Below, piece by piece: positions 10,101 to 22,050 of a stretch of 64,000 nucleotides of DNA; position 1 is the stretch's first letter; every line of letters starts with the position of its first letter. The stretch is from assembly GCA_964270895.1 (NCBI GenBank), contig OZ185440.1; one strand, 5' to 3'. A program made the position numbers and the translations under genes. Under the pieces are notes generated by a model that ran no database searches, was not told the DNA's origin, and was given only the letters and a program-made list of their open reading frames with translations. Source of the stretch: Podarcis filfolensis. Its lineage: Eukaryota.

Positions 10101-13100
10101 TGTGAACTAGGGACTTTTAAAGTTAATCTTGGGAGTCAGGGGACAGAACTAAAAATGATTTCCTTTCCTCCTCACAAAGCACTGGGGTTGAAGACTCCAG
10201 GTGAACTCATTCCCTCTGGTTACAAGCTTGACCTGTCAGTCACAGCAAAATCCCGCCCCCCTTACCCTGGCATTTGTTCTACTTCAGCCATTCCACACCC
10301 CTTGTGTTTTCCTTATACACTAAGGTTAGCTACATTAGTTTTGCTTTCAGCAGGCAATTGTCAGAGTTGTCACGGTGCCATGAGGCACTTTGGTTAATCC
10401 CCACTTTGTCTCTGGATCCCTGAAGAGGTTCCACTTTGTCTCGGACAATCCCAGAATCCCTGCAAAGCACACTGCATTGGCTTGGGATTCATCCAAAGCC
10501 GTTGTATATCTCCACTTTTAAGTACAAAACCCCTGCAAATTATGAAGAAATGTGACATGGTAGTCTTAAGAATGGGGGAGGTTCCTGTACTGTAATCTGG
10601 ATAAGAAACATATTTCACAGCTTGCAGGTCCCCACAAGGTCCAAGCCACACAGAATGAGAGCACACACTGCAGGAGGGATATTTCTCCCCATACGGTCTC
10701 CAACAAGGCAGTCTCAATTATGCTACATTGGCAAGGTAAGTTATGTGTGCAATAAAGTCATATGTTCGTCCTTCCATTTTGCCTCTGACACTCTGAACAA
10801 TTTCAAGGGGCCACTGGCATTTCAAAAAGATCAAAGTGCACAAACTCACCGGAAGCCAAACTTATCCATGGCAACAGCAAAGTGCCGGGGTTGGTCATAA
10901 CAGCGATAGAGATTCCGGTCATCCATGGGCACTAGGTCAACGTCGCTGAAGATGAAGCAGTCATAGCTCTCATCATCTCGAAGGGCTTCTAGGAAGCCCA
11001 CATTCAACAGCTTAGCTCGGTTAAAGGTGTCTTCACCAAACTGTATGGAAAGATAATGAAGGACGGGGTCACATCAACTGCCACGACCCTCTTTCTCTTA
11101 CCTGATGCAGCTGGCTGACCTCTCTCTTGTTACATTTCATTGTGAATAACATTCTATTTTTTTCTAGAACTGTTCTATCTCCCTTTATAGATCTTGCAAA
11201 GTCCCACCAACTGTATTTCAGGTTTATTGTCATGTCAGAGAGCAGGCCTGATTTTTTTAAATGAGAAGCAAGTGAGAAGCATCTACGTCACATTCCACAC
11301 TTACCATAGGTGCAAAGTTCATGGTGCATTGTAAGGCCCACACTCTGCTTCCTCCACAAAGCAGGAAGCCTTTGCTTCCAATCAGAACAGAGATGCATAT
11401 ATTCATGAAAACTAACATACCGCTTTCCCTAATCAGGTTCCTCTCAAGGGAACCAGATGGACCTATGTTCTAAACCCAACCATCTTGCTCTCTTCCGCAT
11501 CTGTGGTGCCATTAGGACAGAACTTTGGGTCAGATATCTAGGCCCTACTCCTTCTGCTTTGGAGCACAGCAGGGCTGGAACACCATATTTTGACGTAATG
11601 CACATTACCATCTGAAGGGGTTGCCCATGAGACCATTCAGTCCAGAATGCTCAGTGACCCAAGTGCACCACTGCCCCCACATTATCATTCTCTACGCACC
11701 TGGTTAATTATATAGATGCCGTAAGACACCTTCTGGCGCCGTAGAATCGGGTGCAGGTAGTGCAGCCAGTACTTGAGGTGGTGCTCCCGGTGCCGGAACG
11801 GAATGAGGATGGCCACCTTCTGGCGAGGCACACAGTCTGGGGGAGAATACTTGCCGCCCTCCCGCACATCTGGGTTTTCCCGTTGCACCCGCTCCATGCT
11901 CATGGGAGTGCTGAACTCGATAAGGAGCCGGCCCACTGCAGGAGAAAGGACTCCATTATCTATGCATCAGCCACAGCCTCTTGACTTACACAAACAGCTC
12001 ATGTCCCTTTCACCAGCCAAGTTGGCAGGGCACTGCCCAGGAAAAAATCAGCAAAGAAACCTAAAAACTGAAACATGTATCAAGCATAGAGACAGCAAAC
12101 AGTCAAAGCAGAGTTAACTCGAATACCCAGCTAAGTGATTCAGAGTTAAGAGGAAAGGTTGTTGCTTGTTGCAGATTGCATTGTTTAATAAAAGTTTTAG
12201 CCCGAGTTTAATATTAATACAGTCATACCTTGGGTTAAAGTAGCTTCGGGATGAGTATTTTCGGGTTGGGCGCTGCGGCGACCTGGAAGTAACGGAGCGC
12301 GTTACTTCCGGGTTTTGCCGCTCGCACATGCGCAGGCGGTCAAAATGACGTCACGCACTTGCGTGGAAGCAGCGAATTGTGACCTGCGCACGCACAGACG
12401 TGGGTTGCATTCACTTCAGGATGCAAACGGGGTTCTGGAACGGATCCTGTTCACATCCAGAGGTACCACTATACCAAAGCTTATGCTTCAACTCTTTATC
12501 CACCTGTCAGGAATAAGGATATTAAGTTCTCTATGCCTTAAATGTTTTGCCCCCTAGGGTGAGGAGATGCTCTATTTTGGTTTTCACCAACCAGGTGCTC
12601 TCCAGATGTTTCTGCGCTACAAGTTTCATCAGCCACAGCCAGTCCAATACATCTGGAGGGCATCAGGTGAGTGAAAGCTGGTCTACTTCGTGCATTCATT
12701 AGAAGAGATCAGCATAAGAAGGAGCTAGCCCTTGTAGCCCCTACTAAGCCATGTCTGTGCAGAAGCTGAGCCCTTTCCCCAATTACTTGTAGCCCACTTG
12801 CAGAAAGGCACCAGCTAGGTACAGTGGGGCTGGGAAAGAGACAAGGAGTTGCCATGGCAAAAAAGGAAATAAAAAGTCTGCTATCTGATCACTGTAAATA
12901 TACTAAGAACACTATTCAGTTTGCCAGCTTTCAACAAATACTGTCTACATATTCCCAACTGTTTTTCCACTGCAGGATTGGCTCCAATGGTAGAGGCTAT
13001 TGGAGCCTATGATTTGCAATACCATGCCTGTTCTGCAGATTCCTAGATCTTCTAGTTCCTATTATCAGGAGCCAAAGCCACTTGACATATTTGCATTGAC

Positions 13101-13544
13101 AGGCAGCAGAGACAGGGAAACAGCAGGTGGCAAGCAGGGCACAAATAAACCCAATAAGTGCAATACAGTTTCCCCACTAAAGGGCCTTCTGTAGGACACG
13201 GCATGAGGCAGACAGAGCTCATCTGTAATCTTACCTAGGCCAGGAGGCATCTCTGGGCAAGGTGGTAAGGGCTTCTCGGTGACAGTGCTGTTCATACTGA
13301 CGGACTTCACACTCGGGGCCAGGAGCTCAGGGCCCAGAGGCCCGGCGGTCCCGTTAGGCCGAGAGACGTTGACGTAGGGCAGAGTGCGGGAGGAGTTGCG
13401 CATATTGAAGCGGCTGAAAAAGTCCAGGCGCTGGGCGTAGACATCAAAGTAGAGGATCATGATGATGAGGAAGTGCAGTAAACATAAGAGCAGCACAGCT
13501 TTGCAGATCCTCTCCAGGGTCACTCCCACCAGCAATCTGCTCAT
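7185..13544 (-). CDS. B4GALT2: Beta-1,4-galactosyltransferase 2, 371 aa
   Basis: Coding exons (-): 13544-13235, 11935-11700, 11040-10850, 9137-9015, 8617-8513, 7335-7185 = 1116 nt, all GT-AG. N-terminus MSRLL..TLERICKAVLLLCLLHF (type II anchor); GT7 motifs FNRAKLLNVG, SDVDL (DxD), WGWGGEDDD, YRMIKH; C-terminus IGRPPPRPPRG. The first coding exon starts at acceptor 13611. Confidence 0.97.
7438..7573. mobile_element. hAT (Buster-type) MITE, 136 bp
   Basis: TIR caggcttcctcaa / ttgaggaagcctg; exact 8-bp TSD GAATAGAG (7430-7437, 7574-7581); fold-back interior. Confidence 0.88.
12220..12471. mobile_element. Tc1/mariner (pogo/Tigger-like) MITE, about 252 bp
   Basis: TA at 12218-12219 and 12472-12473; ends cagtcatacct / gaggtaccacta resemble the cagtggtacctc TIR; internal inverted repeat ggaagtaac..gttacttcc; CpG-rich against AT-rich flanks. 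Confidence 0.7.
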
Positions 13545-14699
13545 CTTCTGGGCACAGGCCAGCCAGCATCAGGGGGGCACAGTGTAGGGGGCTCTGGCCC
13601 AGGCACCAAGCCTGTTTGGGAAAGATGGAGGGGTCAGCAAATACACCTTCCCTACCAGCAGCACCCACCAAACACTCTCATAAGAGCACAGTGTGTTAAA
13701 GGCAAGCAAGTACTACCCCTTCTGTCTTCCCCACAAATTTTGGGCATGTTTCATGGGGAAAGGGTGGCCATCCTATCACTACCATCACCCACAACCTGCA
13801 GAATGACTATGCATGCTTACACTATGGCATTGATTCCAGTCTAAGTAGATGAGCTTTTTCAATCTAATAACTCTCCTGACATTCTATCTCCCCCTATAAA
13901 GAAATGTTGGCAAATGGGCAAGAAGCAGCCCAGCCAAAGAAACAAAAACAAAAGAGATGAAGGGCTGGCACTCAACAAGGGGTTATTAAGAAGGAAGGAG
14001 AGGGCTTCCCACTTGCCAGCACTGATATCCTCCTGCCCTTAACATCAGAAATGAAAGAAGGGCAGGTGTCCCTTGAGCTTTGGGGAGGGCAGACACAGGA
14101 ATCAAGAGGGGAATGATCCAAGTTAGGCAATGCATCCCTTTCCAGGGATCAGGGCCTGTCTTATCTCTCCAACAGCAACTCAGATACCAGCTCTGGAACT
14201 AGACCTTTACCACAACAGACCAGCACCCCTTACGCCCTCTTTTCTGTATTCAATTATCCTTTGCTCCCTCAAAGACCTACATCCTGCACACACAGACATG
14301 ACAGATAACACAGATCAATCACCCATCATCACACCTCTTATCAGAAAAAGGCACCAGTTCCACAGCATTTGGAAGGGAACAATTCTCAACAGGAGCTTTA
14401 TTTAAGAGGGACTGTCCCACTTTCACTTTGAAATCCTGCCATCCCATGCTGGAGTCCCTTTTGTGTGTGTGTGGAGGGGATAAAAAAGGCAAGCTGGATC
14501 TAAGGCACAATTGCACACATGTGGAGAGTATCTGATCTTATCCTTATCAGCAGGATCCCCCCTCATCTATGACAACGAATTTGTAGGATAATAGCAGAAA
14601 GCAGGCAGAAAGAACAGAACGCAGAGCAGGGCTGCACTCCTAGCCCCACTTATCTGGAAGTAAGCCCCACTGTGTTTAATAGGACTTGCTTCTGAATAG

Positions 14700-15062
14700 A
14701 GGGATGCGGGTGGCACTGTGGTCTAAACCACTGAGCCTAGGGCTTGCTGATCGGAAGGTCGGCAGTTCAAATCCCCGCAATGGGGTGAGCTCCCGTTGTT
14801 CGGTCCCAGCTCCTGCCCACCTAGCAGTTCGAAAGCACATCAAAGTGCAAGCAGATAAATAGGTACTGCTCCGACAGGAAGGTAAATGACTTTCCTTACG
14901 CTGCTCTGGTTTTGCCAGAAGTGGCTTAGTCATACTGGCCACATGACCTGGAAGCTGTCTGCAGACAAACGCCGGCTCCCTCGGCCTATAGAGCGAGATG
15001 AGCGCTGCAACCCCAGAGTCATTCGCAACTGGACCTAATGGTCAGGGGTACCTTTACCTTTA
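14700..15062 (+). mobile_element. Sauria SINE, full length
   Basis: tRNA-derived head (gggatgcgggtggcactgtgg; B-box-like ggcagttcaaatccc), tail (ACCTTT)n, 11-bp TSD CTTCTGAATAG (14689-14699, 15063-15073). Confidence 0.88.
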
Positions 15063-15092
15063 CTTCTGAATAGGAATGGTTAGGATGGCACT

Positions 15093-15178
15093 CTTAGGAT
15101 TCCCAAGGAGACTAAAGTCTAACTAGAGAAGTAACCTTAGGATTCCCAAGGAGTCTGAAGTCTAATTAGAGAAGTAAA
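15093..15178. repeat. Diverged tandem duplication, 2 x 43 bp
   Basis: cttaggattcccaaggagactaaagtctaactagagaagtaac followed by cttaggattcccaaggagtctgaagtctaattagagaagtaaa. Confidence 0.85.
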
Positions 15179-16397
15179 TTTTCTGGAAATATTGAAGCCA
15201 TGATTAAAAAACCCAGGGTTTTTTCCACCACTACCTCAAAATAGACATTTCTGGGGACCCTGAAACATTTGCAATACTTTTGAAATGCACTATGCAGATT
15301 GAGGGTGTTAGGGGAGGAGGAGTACCTCTGGCAGCGGACTCGTAATGCTCTTTCTGGGAAAGTTTGTCCGTGTTTGGTTCCCACCCTGCACTCAGCTCTC
15401 ATCTGTGGCTCCTATAGGCTGTCAGAATGTGACAGTGGCACACTCCAGGAAATGGCTTCAACTGGCCAGCTAAACCAGGTAAGGGTGGCCAATGGATCTC
15501 AAATCCTCAGTAAGTTAAAGACTTTCCCTGCATGCAAAGACAGGCTCCAACATGTTCAGCAGAAGAGACCAATAGTGGGCCAAGTGGTCAAGAAGGTTGT
15601 AAGGAACCTAGCATCTCTTTGGTTCTGCCAGTTTATGAGGAGCAGGCAAAGCACTATACAGAGAGAATAAATCATCAACATTATAGCAAGACAAAGAATA
15701 TTATTGTCTCCTCCAGACCTCCAAAGTGTCAAGCAGACATAAAGCACTCAATTCCATAAAAAGAACTGAGAGGGGGAAAGAGGGTGACCAAGACTCAATG
15801 GATACTACATGGAAGTTAATCAGTCTCATTTTCAGAGCTATTGCCATCAGTTTCCGCTTCTTAATATCTGTCATCATATTTATCAGACTTCTAAAACCTC
15901 TACTTTCTCCACTCACACCCACAGTCCTTTGAGGCCCAGGCAAGAGCACAGAAACAAACCCAACAACTGTGCCAACAAGAGGAAGCCCACAAGCAAAGTA
16001 ACTGGATCTTTCTCATGTCAATTGCAGTGCCTCACAGAGGTAGCAATGCAACTTGCTTTTGCATTTGAGAATTGTGCTTTCAGTGTGCAACTCATGACCT
16101 GCTTATTCTAAGTGTACAGGAATAATATTTTAAGGATCTTGTACTATACAAAGTCTTACATAAAAGTATTCCTATTACGTAGTTTTTAGAAATCATTTTG
16201 GGGGGTAAAACTCTATCCACCATTCCAAAAGAAAATGTTTCATAAGTCTATTTTTTCACTTTTAGGGGCAGGGGAAGGCTTTTTGGTGTGGAACTGGGTA
16301 TCCCCCCAAATATTTTTGTTTCCCTGCCCAGACCTTCATAATCCCTGTCAGGGAAAAGTGCAGGGTATAAATATATAATCATCATCATCTCAAGTTA

Positions 16398-16765
16398 AAA
16401 GGTAAAGGTAAAGGTACCCCTGCCCATACGGGCCAGTCTTGACAGACTCTAGGGTTGTGCGCTCATCTCACTCTAGAGGCCGGGAGCCGGCACCGTCCGC
16501 AGACACTTCCGGGTCACGTGGCCAGTGTGACATCGCTGCTCTGGCGAGCCTGCACCAGAGCAGCACACGGAACGCCGTTTACCTTCCCGCTATAAAGCGG
16601 TACCTATTTATCTACTTGCACTTAAGGGTGCTTTCGAACTGCTAGGTGGGCAGGAGCTGGGACCGAAAGACGGGAGCTCACCCCGCCGCAGGGATTCGAA
16701 CCGCCGACCATACGATCGGCAAGTCCTAGGCACTGTGGTTTTACCCACAGCGCCACCCGCGTCCC
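16398..16765 (-). mobile_element. Sauria SINE, full length
   Basis: (AAAGGT)n tail at the left; head gggacgcgggtggcgctgtgg and B box ggttcgaatccc on -; homologous to 14700-15062. Confidence 0.88.
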
Positions 16766-16877
16766 TGAAATATCAGCTTAAAAATAATAATAAACCTGCT
16801 CCTTTAATTCATTCTAGCTGTTTGAAATGTTAGGAAGTACTGAACATGGGACTGTGTGTAAGTAGGTTTTGTTAGAA

Positions 16878-17012
16878 CAGGGGTGGAGAACTTTTGGCCC
16901 TCCTGGCGTTGATGGAATACAACACTCATCATCCCTGTCCACTGTCCATTTCTGCGGTGGGGCTGATGGGTAGTTCAGAAACATCTGAAGGGCCAGGGGT
17001 TCTGCATCCCTG
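16878..17012. mobile_element. hAT MITE, 135 bp
   Basis: Ends caggggtggagaac / gttctgcatccctg; exact TSD TGTTAGAA (16870-16877, 17013-17020). Confidence 0.82.
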
Positions 17013-17430
17013 TGTTAGAAGAAGAATAAAGTCTCTATAACAACAGATTTATTTATTTTGAGTCTTACCTTATGCCAAAGTCAAACATTTCACTGCACAC
17101 ACTGCCACTGATGGAAGGAAATAGGAGTTTTCAAGTAACTACTTCAGGCACCACGACAAAGCATCTGGCTCTCAGCTTAATACAGAGGAAAGTTATAATA
17201 AGCTGTTTCATTCAGGCAAATGCTGGGCTAATCACAAAGCATTTAGCACGTCAGACAGCTGCATATTCAGTACATTCACCCACATACCTTAATCCCATAA
17301 AATCTCTTTCATCCTTTGTGACTGAAACAGCAGACTTTCTGCCTTACTACTGCACTATAGAGTTCTATGACCCTCACAAAAAGGGAAGAAGCCAATAGCT
17401 CTCTCCTTACATGGGGAGGCAGTGAATAAC

Positions 17431-17570
17431 AGAATAATAGAATACAAGGGACCACGAGGATTATCTATTCTAGTCCAACCACCTGCAATGGAATCTTTCA
17501 CCCAACATGGGGCTCAAACCCTTGACCCTGACCCTGAGATTATGAGTCTCATGCTCTTCCAATTGAGCTG
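17431..17570 (-). mobile_element. SINE with tRNA-Lys-like head and CR1-like 3' end
   Basis: The minus strand reads agctcaattggaagagcatgagactcataatctcagggtc...gagccccatgttggg, then ggactaga...cctcgtggtccctt and an attct-type tail. Too degenerate to be a functional tRNA. Confidence 0.6.
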
Positions 17571-18327
17571 TCAGAATAAATTTTGGTTTTGAGTGTGGGA
17601 GTAGTCACTCTTTCCAAAATATGTATGCACAAGAAAACACTCCCGTATTCATTTTACAACAATCAGTTGATCATCACTACTTCCCTTCCGCCTCCAAATT
17701 CACAACGACTGTGGGCAGTGTCCAATGCTCCTGTTCCACTGGTACAAAAGACCTTGCGCTAATGGAATGGAACCTCCTCTCCCATTCAGCTCCACATGCA
17801 CTCTCAAAATCAGCTCTGGAGGATTGGGGAACCCTCTGGAGAAGATTTTGGGGGAACACCAGGGGTAGGAGAAGAAACAGAAGTGCCACTGTGCCAGCAG
17901 GACTCTGTTGATGCTGCTTTGGATGCAACCCTAACGGATAGGAATCTTCACTTCATCCAGGTCTAGATCACACAGCCAACAGATTAAATTGTAACACTCT
18001 TCCTAAAGATCTATCATCTGACCTGAAGGTTTGGAGCGAGGTTGAATGCTTTCCCATGGGGGAAAATGCATGCACAAAGTAATGTAAATGTCAGGGAAAG
18101 CATGGATTTCTCCCAAACATCCACATTTCTATGTGCAGGTAGTTTTTATATCAGCTGTGAGCTAGGGGTTGAAAAGAGTTGAACTAAAATGACAGCATTC
18201 ACCCTGGCACACAAACCACAGCTTTTCACAACTTCTGAAATACATGCTGGGACATTATATGGGGATAGAACAGAAGTCTTGAGTCCTGGATCTTTTGCAC
18301 TAGGTCCTAGATCTCTTGCCCCCCTCC

Positions 18328-18351
18328 TTTTTTTTTTTTTTTTTTTTTTTT
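18328..18351. repeat. Poly(T)24 run
   Basis: 24 consecutive T. Confidence 0.95.
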
Positions 18352-20799
18352 GCAAAACCATTTTGCTTGCAGGCTAGCTTTCCCTTTGAAAGGGAGCCTA
18401 AATTTACACCTACACGTGAACGGAAATTAACATATGCAAATATATATATCATGGGCATGTGCCCTGAGTATTTTAATGCCCCTAGGTATGTTTATTGTGA
18501 ATGCAGCAGAGTGGAAAAAGGATTTATAAGGCACTCTCATTTAATTTTAACCTTGCATGTCCCAATCATCCTACTTACTTGCTCCAGGACACAGTGAAGA
18601 AAGTGCAATGAGAGGAACAATATAAACATCTGAGCTGAAGCAACAATTCCCATTCCAGAGATTCACACATCTCACCTGCCGCTACGGCACACCCAACAAA
18701 GCATACACTAAGGAGAGCTCAAGAGCAGAAGACAACATAGCCAGGGGCATTCTGATGGTCCAGGGAATGAAAGAAGCCCCGTACAAATTTGCAGCTTCCT
18801 TGCCAAACCAACCGACACCAGCACCACTGCTGTATATGGGTCATGCTCCAAGCCAAAGCGGGTTGCAGAGCACATCACACTGGTCTCAGGGCCATGTAGC
18901 TTCCTAACGGTTCGCAATGGGCTGGGTGCACTTGCTCTACTCAACCACATTGCAGAGCTGGAATCTCAAAAGTAGCCATTTCTCAGAACATGTGCCAGGA
19001 CGGCATCCCAGTGCCTTGCTGAGTCTGCTGGAGGAATAACCTCACCAGAGTTTGCTCTATTCGTGGTGAAGATAACAAGGCCTTGCTTAAATGGAAGGGT
19101 GTGGGGAACCTCAGAGGCAGTTTTACGGTAGCGCGACCAGTTTGGCCGCACTAGGCACTGGCACCACTGGGGGCACCACAACAGTGATGTAGAACGGGGC
19201 ACGAGAGGTGGGGGGCACCAAAGTTTAGCATCACACAGGGTGCCACTGAGATTTGGGGATCCAAAGTCTGCCACTGGGAACCTGAAGATTGAGAAAACCA
19301 GTCCAAACACATCTTTGTTCACAATAAGATGGCTCCTCTTAAGGAACAAAATATCTCAAAACAGAATATGTGGATACACATTGGCATCCTAGAAACACCA
19401 CGTTTTACCTGTCAACCAGATGTCTCTTGTCCTAAAGCAGCCCTTGTCAACTTAGCACCCTCCAAAGTTTTGAACTATAACTCCCAAACAGCCCTTAGAT
19501 GGCACATGCTAGCTTTGCCTGGTAGAGGTTGTAGTCCATAATGTAATTCCTTCAAAATTGTGGCTTTCCTGCACTCTGGCTAGTGGAGTGGCTGCCAAAG
19601 GAATATAATTATCTCCTCCCAGGAGCTTTGCTGGTCCCCGAGTTCATCCTCAGATACTTCCTTTGCCAACCTACATCCACTGCATTCAAGAAAACCCTTG
19701 GCCTCCTCTCACACAAGAGGATGAGAAACAGAGGCAGAAGTCAGAAACTGCTTAAGTGGCAACTTTGCCCGTGTGTCAGAGACAGCTCATCTCTGGGGCA
19801 AGAAAGACTATTTGTGAAGCTAGTACACATTGCAGGAGCCCATTAGCCACCATCTTATTCCTAGGATATTATCTACAGCAGCCTCTTAAATGAGATGGCA
19901 TCCCAGGTCTGCCTGTGTTTTCCCTCACAGGAGTCTCTCCATTCCTTTCCCCTCGATTAAGTATGTAGCTGGATATCCCATTGTACAAACAGAGTGCAGG
20001 CAAGCTGTGCAAAATACAAGTTAGCAAAGCTGGAGAGATGGGCTTTTGCAATGTTAACAATCCACTAATGGAGCCAGACTGCAGCTGGGCTGCTCCTTGG
20101 CTGTGAATAATTTATCTGGAAATTCAGTCTTGTCTTCTGCCTGATGATCACCAGAGAGCAGACACCAATGTTTATACAATTTGTGGGCATTAAAAAATAT
20201 CCAGGTTTTAACTGGAGTCAGAAAACATAGCCTCGGGTCAATAATGTTCCTTGCTGACCTGACTTGGCATAAGCATCCCTAACAGTTACCTGTTTTGGAA
20301 AGTTACCTATCTACCTATCTGTGAAAACAGGAAAGTGAAACATTCGTAAATGGTGCCTGCAGGAAGGCACAGGCAGCACAGAGCCCCCTGCTTCCCAGGC
20401 ACACACATTTCTAGGCTATATATAGTGCTAGCCCCTAGTCCCATATGGGCTCCCAAGGGGCAACAAAACCAGTTGGCTGAAGAGAAGCCCATGGGGAAGC
20501 CCTGGGAAAGGTAAGTGGATGCCAGCCAAGGGTTGCTGTTGTGTGTGTGTTTATTCCTCTTTCTTCTTTTTTTGCAAAACTGATCCAAAAGACAGCAACA
20601 AGGCCATTCTGTTCCACACAGAGCACACAGCCTGGTAAACATATACAAGCTCCATTATTTTCCGCCTGGGCTGCCTTGGCTGTGAGGCCCCTCGTTCCTA
20701 AAAGCAGCTGCCCCTTCCCTTTTCCTAAGAGAAAGGCTACATTGTTTCTCCACGGATCCCCCTGCCTGGAACAGGAAATCCCCCGTCTTGTCAGGAACC

Positions 20800-22050
20800 T
20801 CAAACGGGTAGAAGAACCTCAAAAGTGATCCGGCCCAGAGGCGGAGGGGCTGAGAACAAGCTTGTGCAGCAGGTGCCAGAGCGCCCCCCTCCCCAATTCC
20901 CAGGCGGCCCAGACACAGCCCCAGCCTTTCTCTGCTCGAAGAAGCGCCTTGGGGATTGTGCAGGAGCCATCTTGGGGGAGGGGGAGCGAGGCTGGCTGGG
21001 GGAGGGGCTCAAGTGCCAGCATCCTAGAGATACGCGCAGACAGACAGCCAGAGGCACACCTTTACTCTCGCCCACGTACCTGCTTGTAAACAGACATCCG
21101 TGCACAACTGTTATCTAGAGACACGCATCTACGCTGCACACCACCGAGAACTGGTACACGCGAGAGCATCCATCCGCGCCTCTCGACACACCTATGCCCA
21201 AGCCCATCGGTCCACACAATGCCCAGTTTGCCCAGGAGTGGGCGATCAGACGAAACATGGCTGAGGTGCCGAAGGAAGCGCCCCGCCTGGGGATGCGCCC
21301 CTGAACCCCGGAGGTGGGTGCAGGTGATGGAGGCGCCGAGAGGAGCCGTGTGAGGAAGACCTGCTGGGAACACACCCAGCCCCTTCTCCACAACAAAAGG
21401 AGGCTGGCAGCCGCAAAGGCAGGGTCTCTCTCTTCGCCCACCCGCCCGCCCGCGATGGGTGCAGCCCCTCTGGGCTCCCCGCCCCCGAGCAGCGGACTCC
21501 CTCCCCGGCTCGGCCCCGCTCGCTCCAGCTCACCGCCTGCTCGTTCCCGGCCGCGCCGTGCGCTCGTGGTGCCGCTGTCTCTCGGCGCCCGGGCCGGGCG
21601 GCTCAGGGGACGGCGCGGCGGCTCCCCCGGCCCCAGCCCGGCCCGGCCTCAGAGCGGGCGGCTGCCCGGCCAGCTGCAACAGCGGTTCCTGCGCCCCATC
21701 CCGGGCAGCACAGCGGAGCCCAGGCAGGACGACGAGCGGCGCCCACACCGGGGAGCGGATCAGGCCTGCTTGGGCGCGCCGGCAGCTCCGCCTCCTGCGC
21801 GCTCAGCGCCGCCCCTGCCAGCTCCGGCCAGCCATTCCCAGCCAGCCCGCTCCCCGGGCCGCCGTCTCCGCCGCCGCCGCCGCCCTCGTCAGCCCCGTTT
21901 AGTGCAACAGGACGGGGGGCTGCTCTCCAAGAAGTCACGTGGGAGATTAGGGAACGCGGAGAGAGCGTCTTCGGGATTGGTGGAGATCACAGGTTCCTCG
22001 CCGGCTCTCAGTCCCGATCAGAGGAGAAGATCTTAGGGGGTGGGGTGGGG
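20800..22050 (-). promoter_or_regulatory. B4GALT2: B4GALT2 CpG island with non-coding exon 1 (3' end at 21534)
   Basis: Extreme GC/CpG content; minus-strand donor GCG|GTGAGC (GT 21533-21532); (CCG)5 at 21868-21882; GTCACGTG at 21934-21941; ATTGG near 21976. The TSS is not determinable. Confidence 0.75.

Noticed and set aside
17500-17570. tRNA-Lys-like sequence
   Set aside because: Has an internal duplication and broken stems and is fused to a CR1-like tail; it is a SINE head, not a tRNA gene.
18676-18707. Possible 32-nt alternative 5' exon of B4GALT2 with an ATG in frame with the main start
   Set aside because: The splice sites are plausible, but an in-frame TGA in the next exon's UTR blocks any N-terminal extension; no independent evidence.
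19085-19280. Possible Harbinger-like MITE remnant (ggggggcaccaaagtttagcatcacacagggtgcc)
   Set aside because: Could not define TIRs or a TSD.
21314-22036. 240-aa plus-strand ORF over the B4GALT2 CpG island
   Set aside because: Typical GC-rich artefact, antisense to exon 1, non-ATG start, low complexity.
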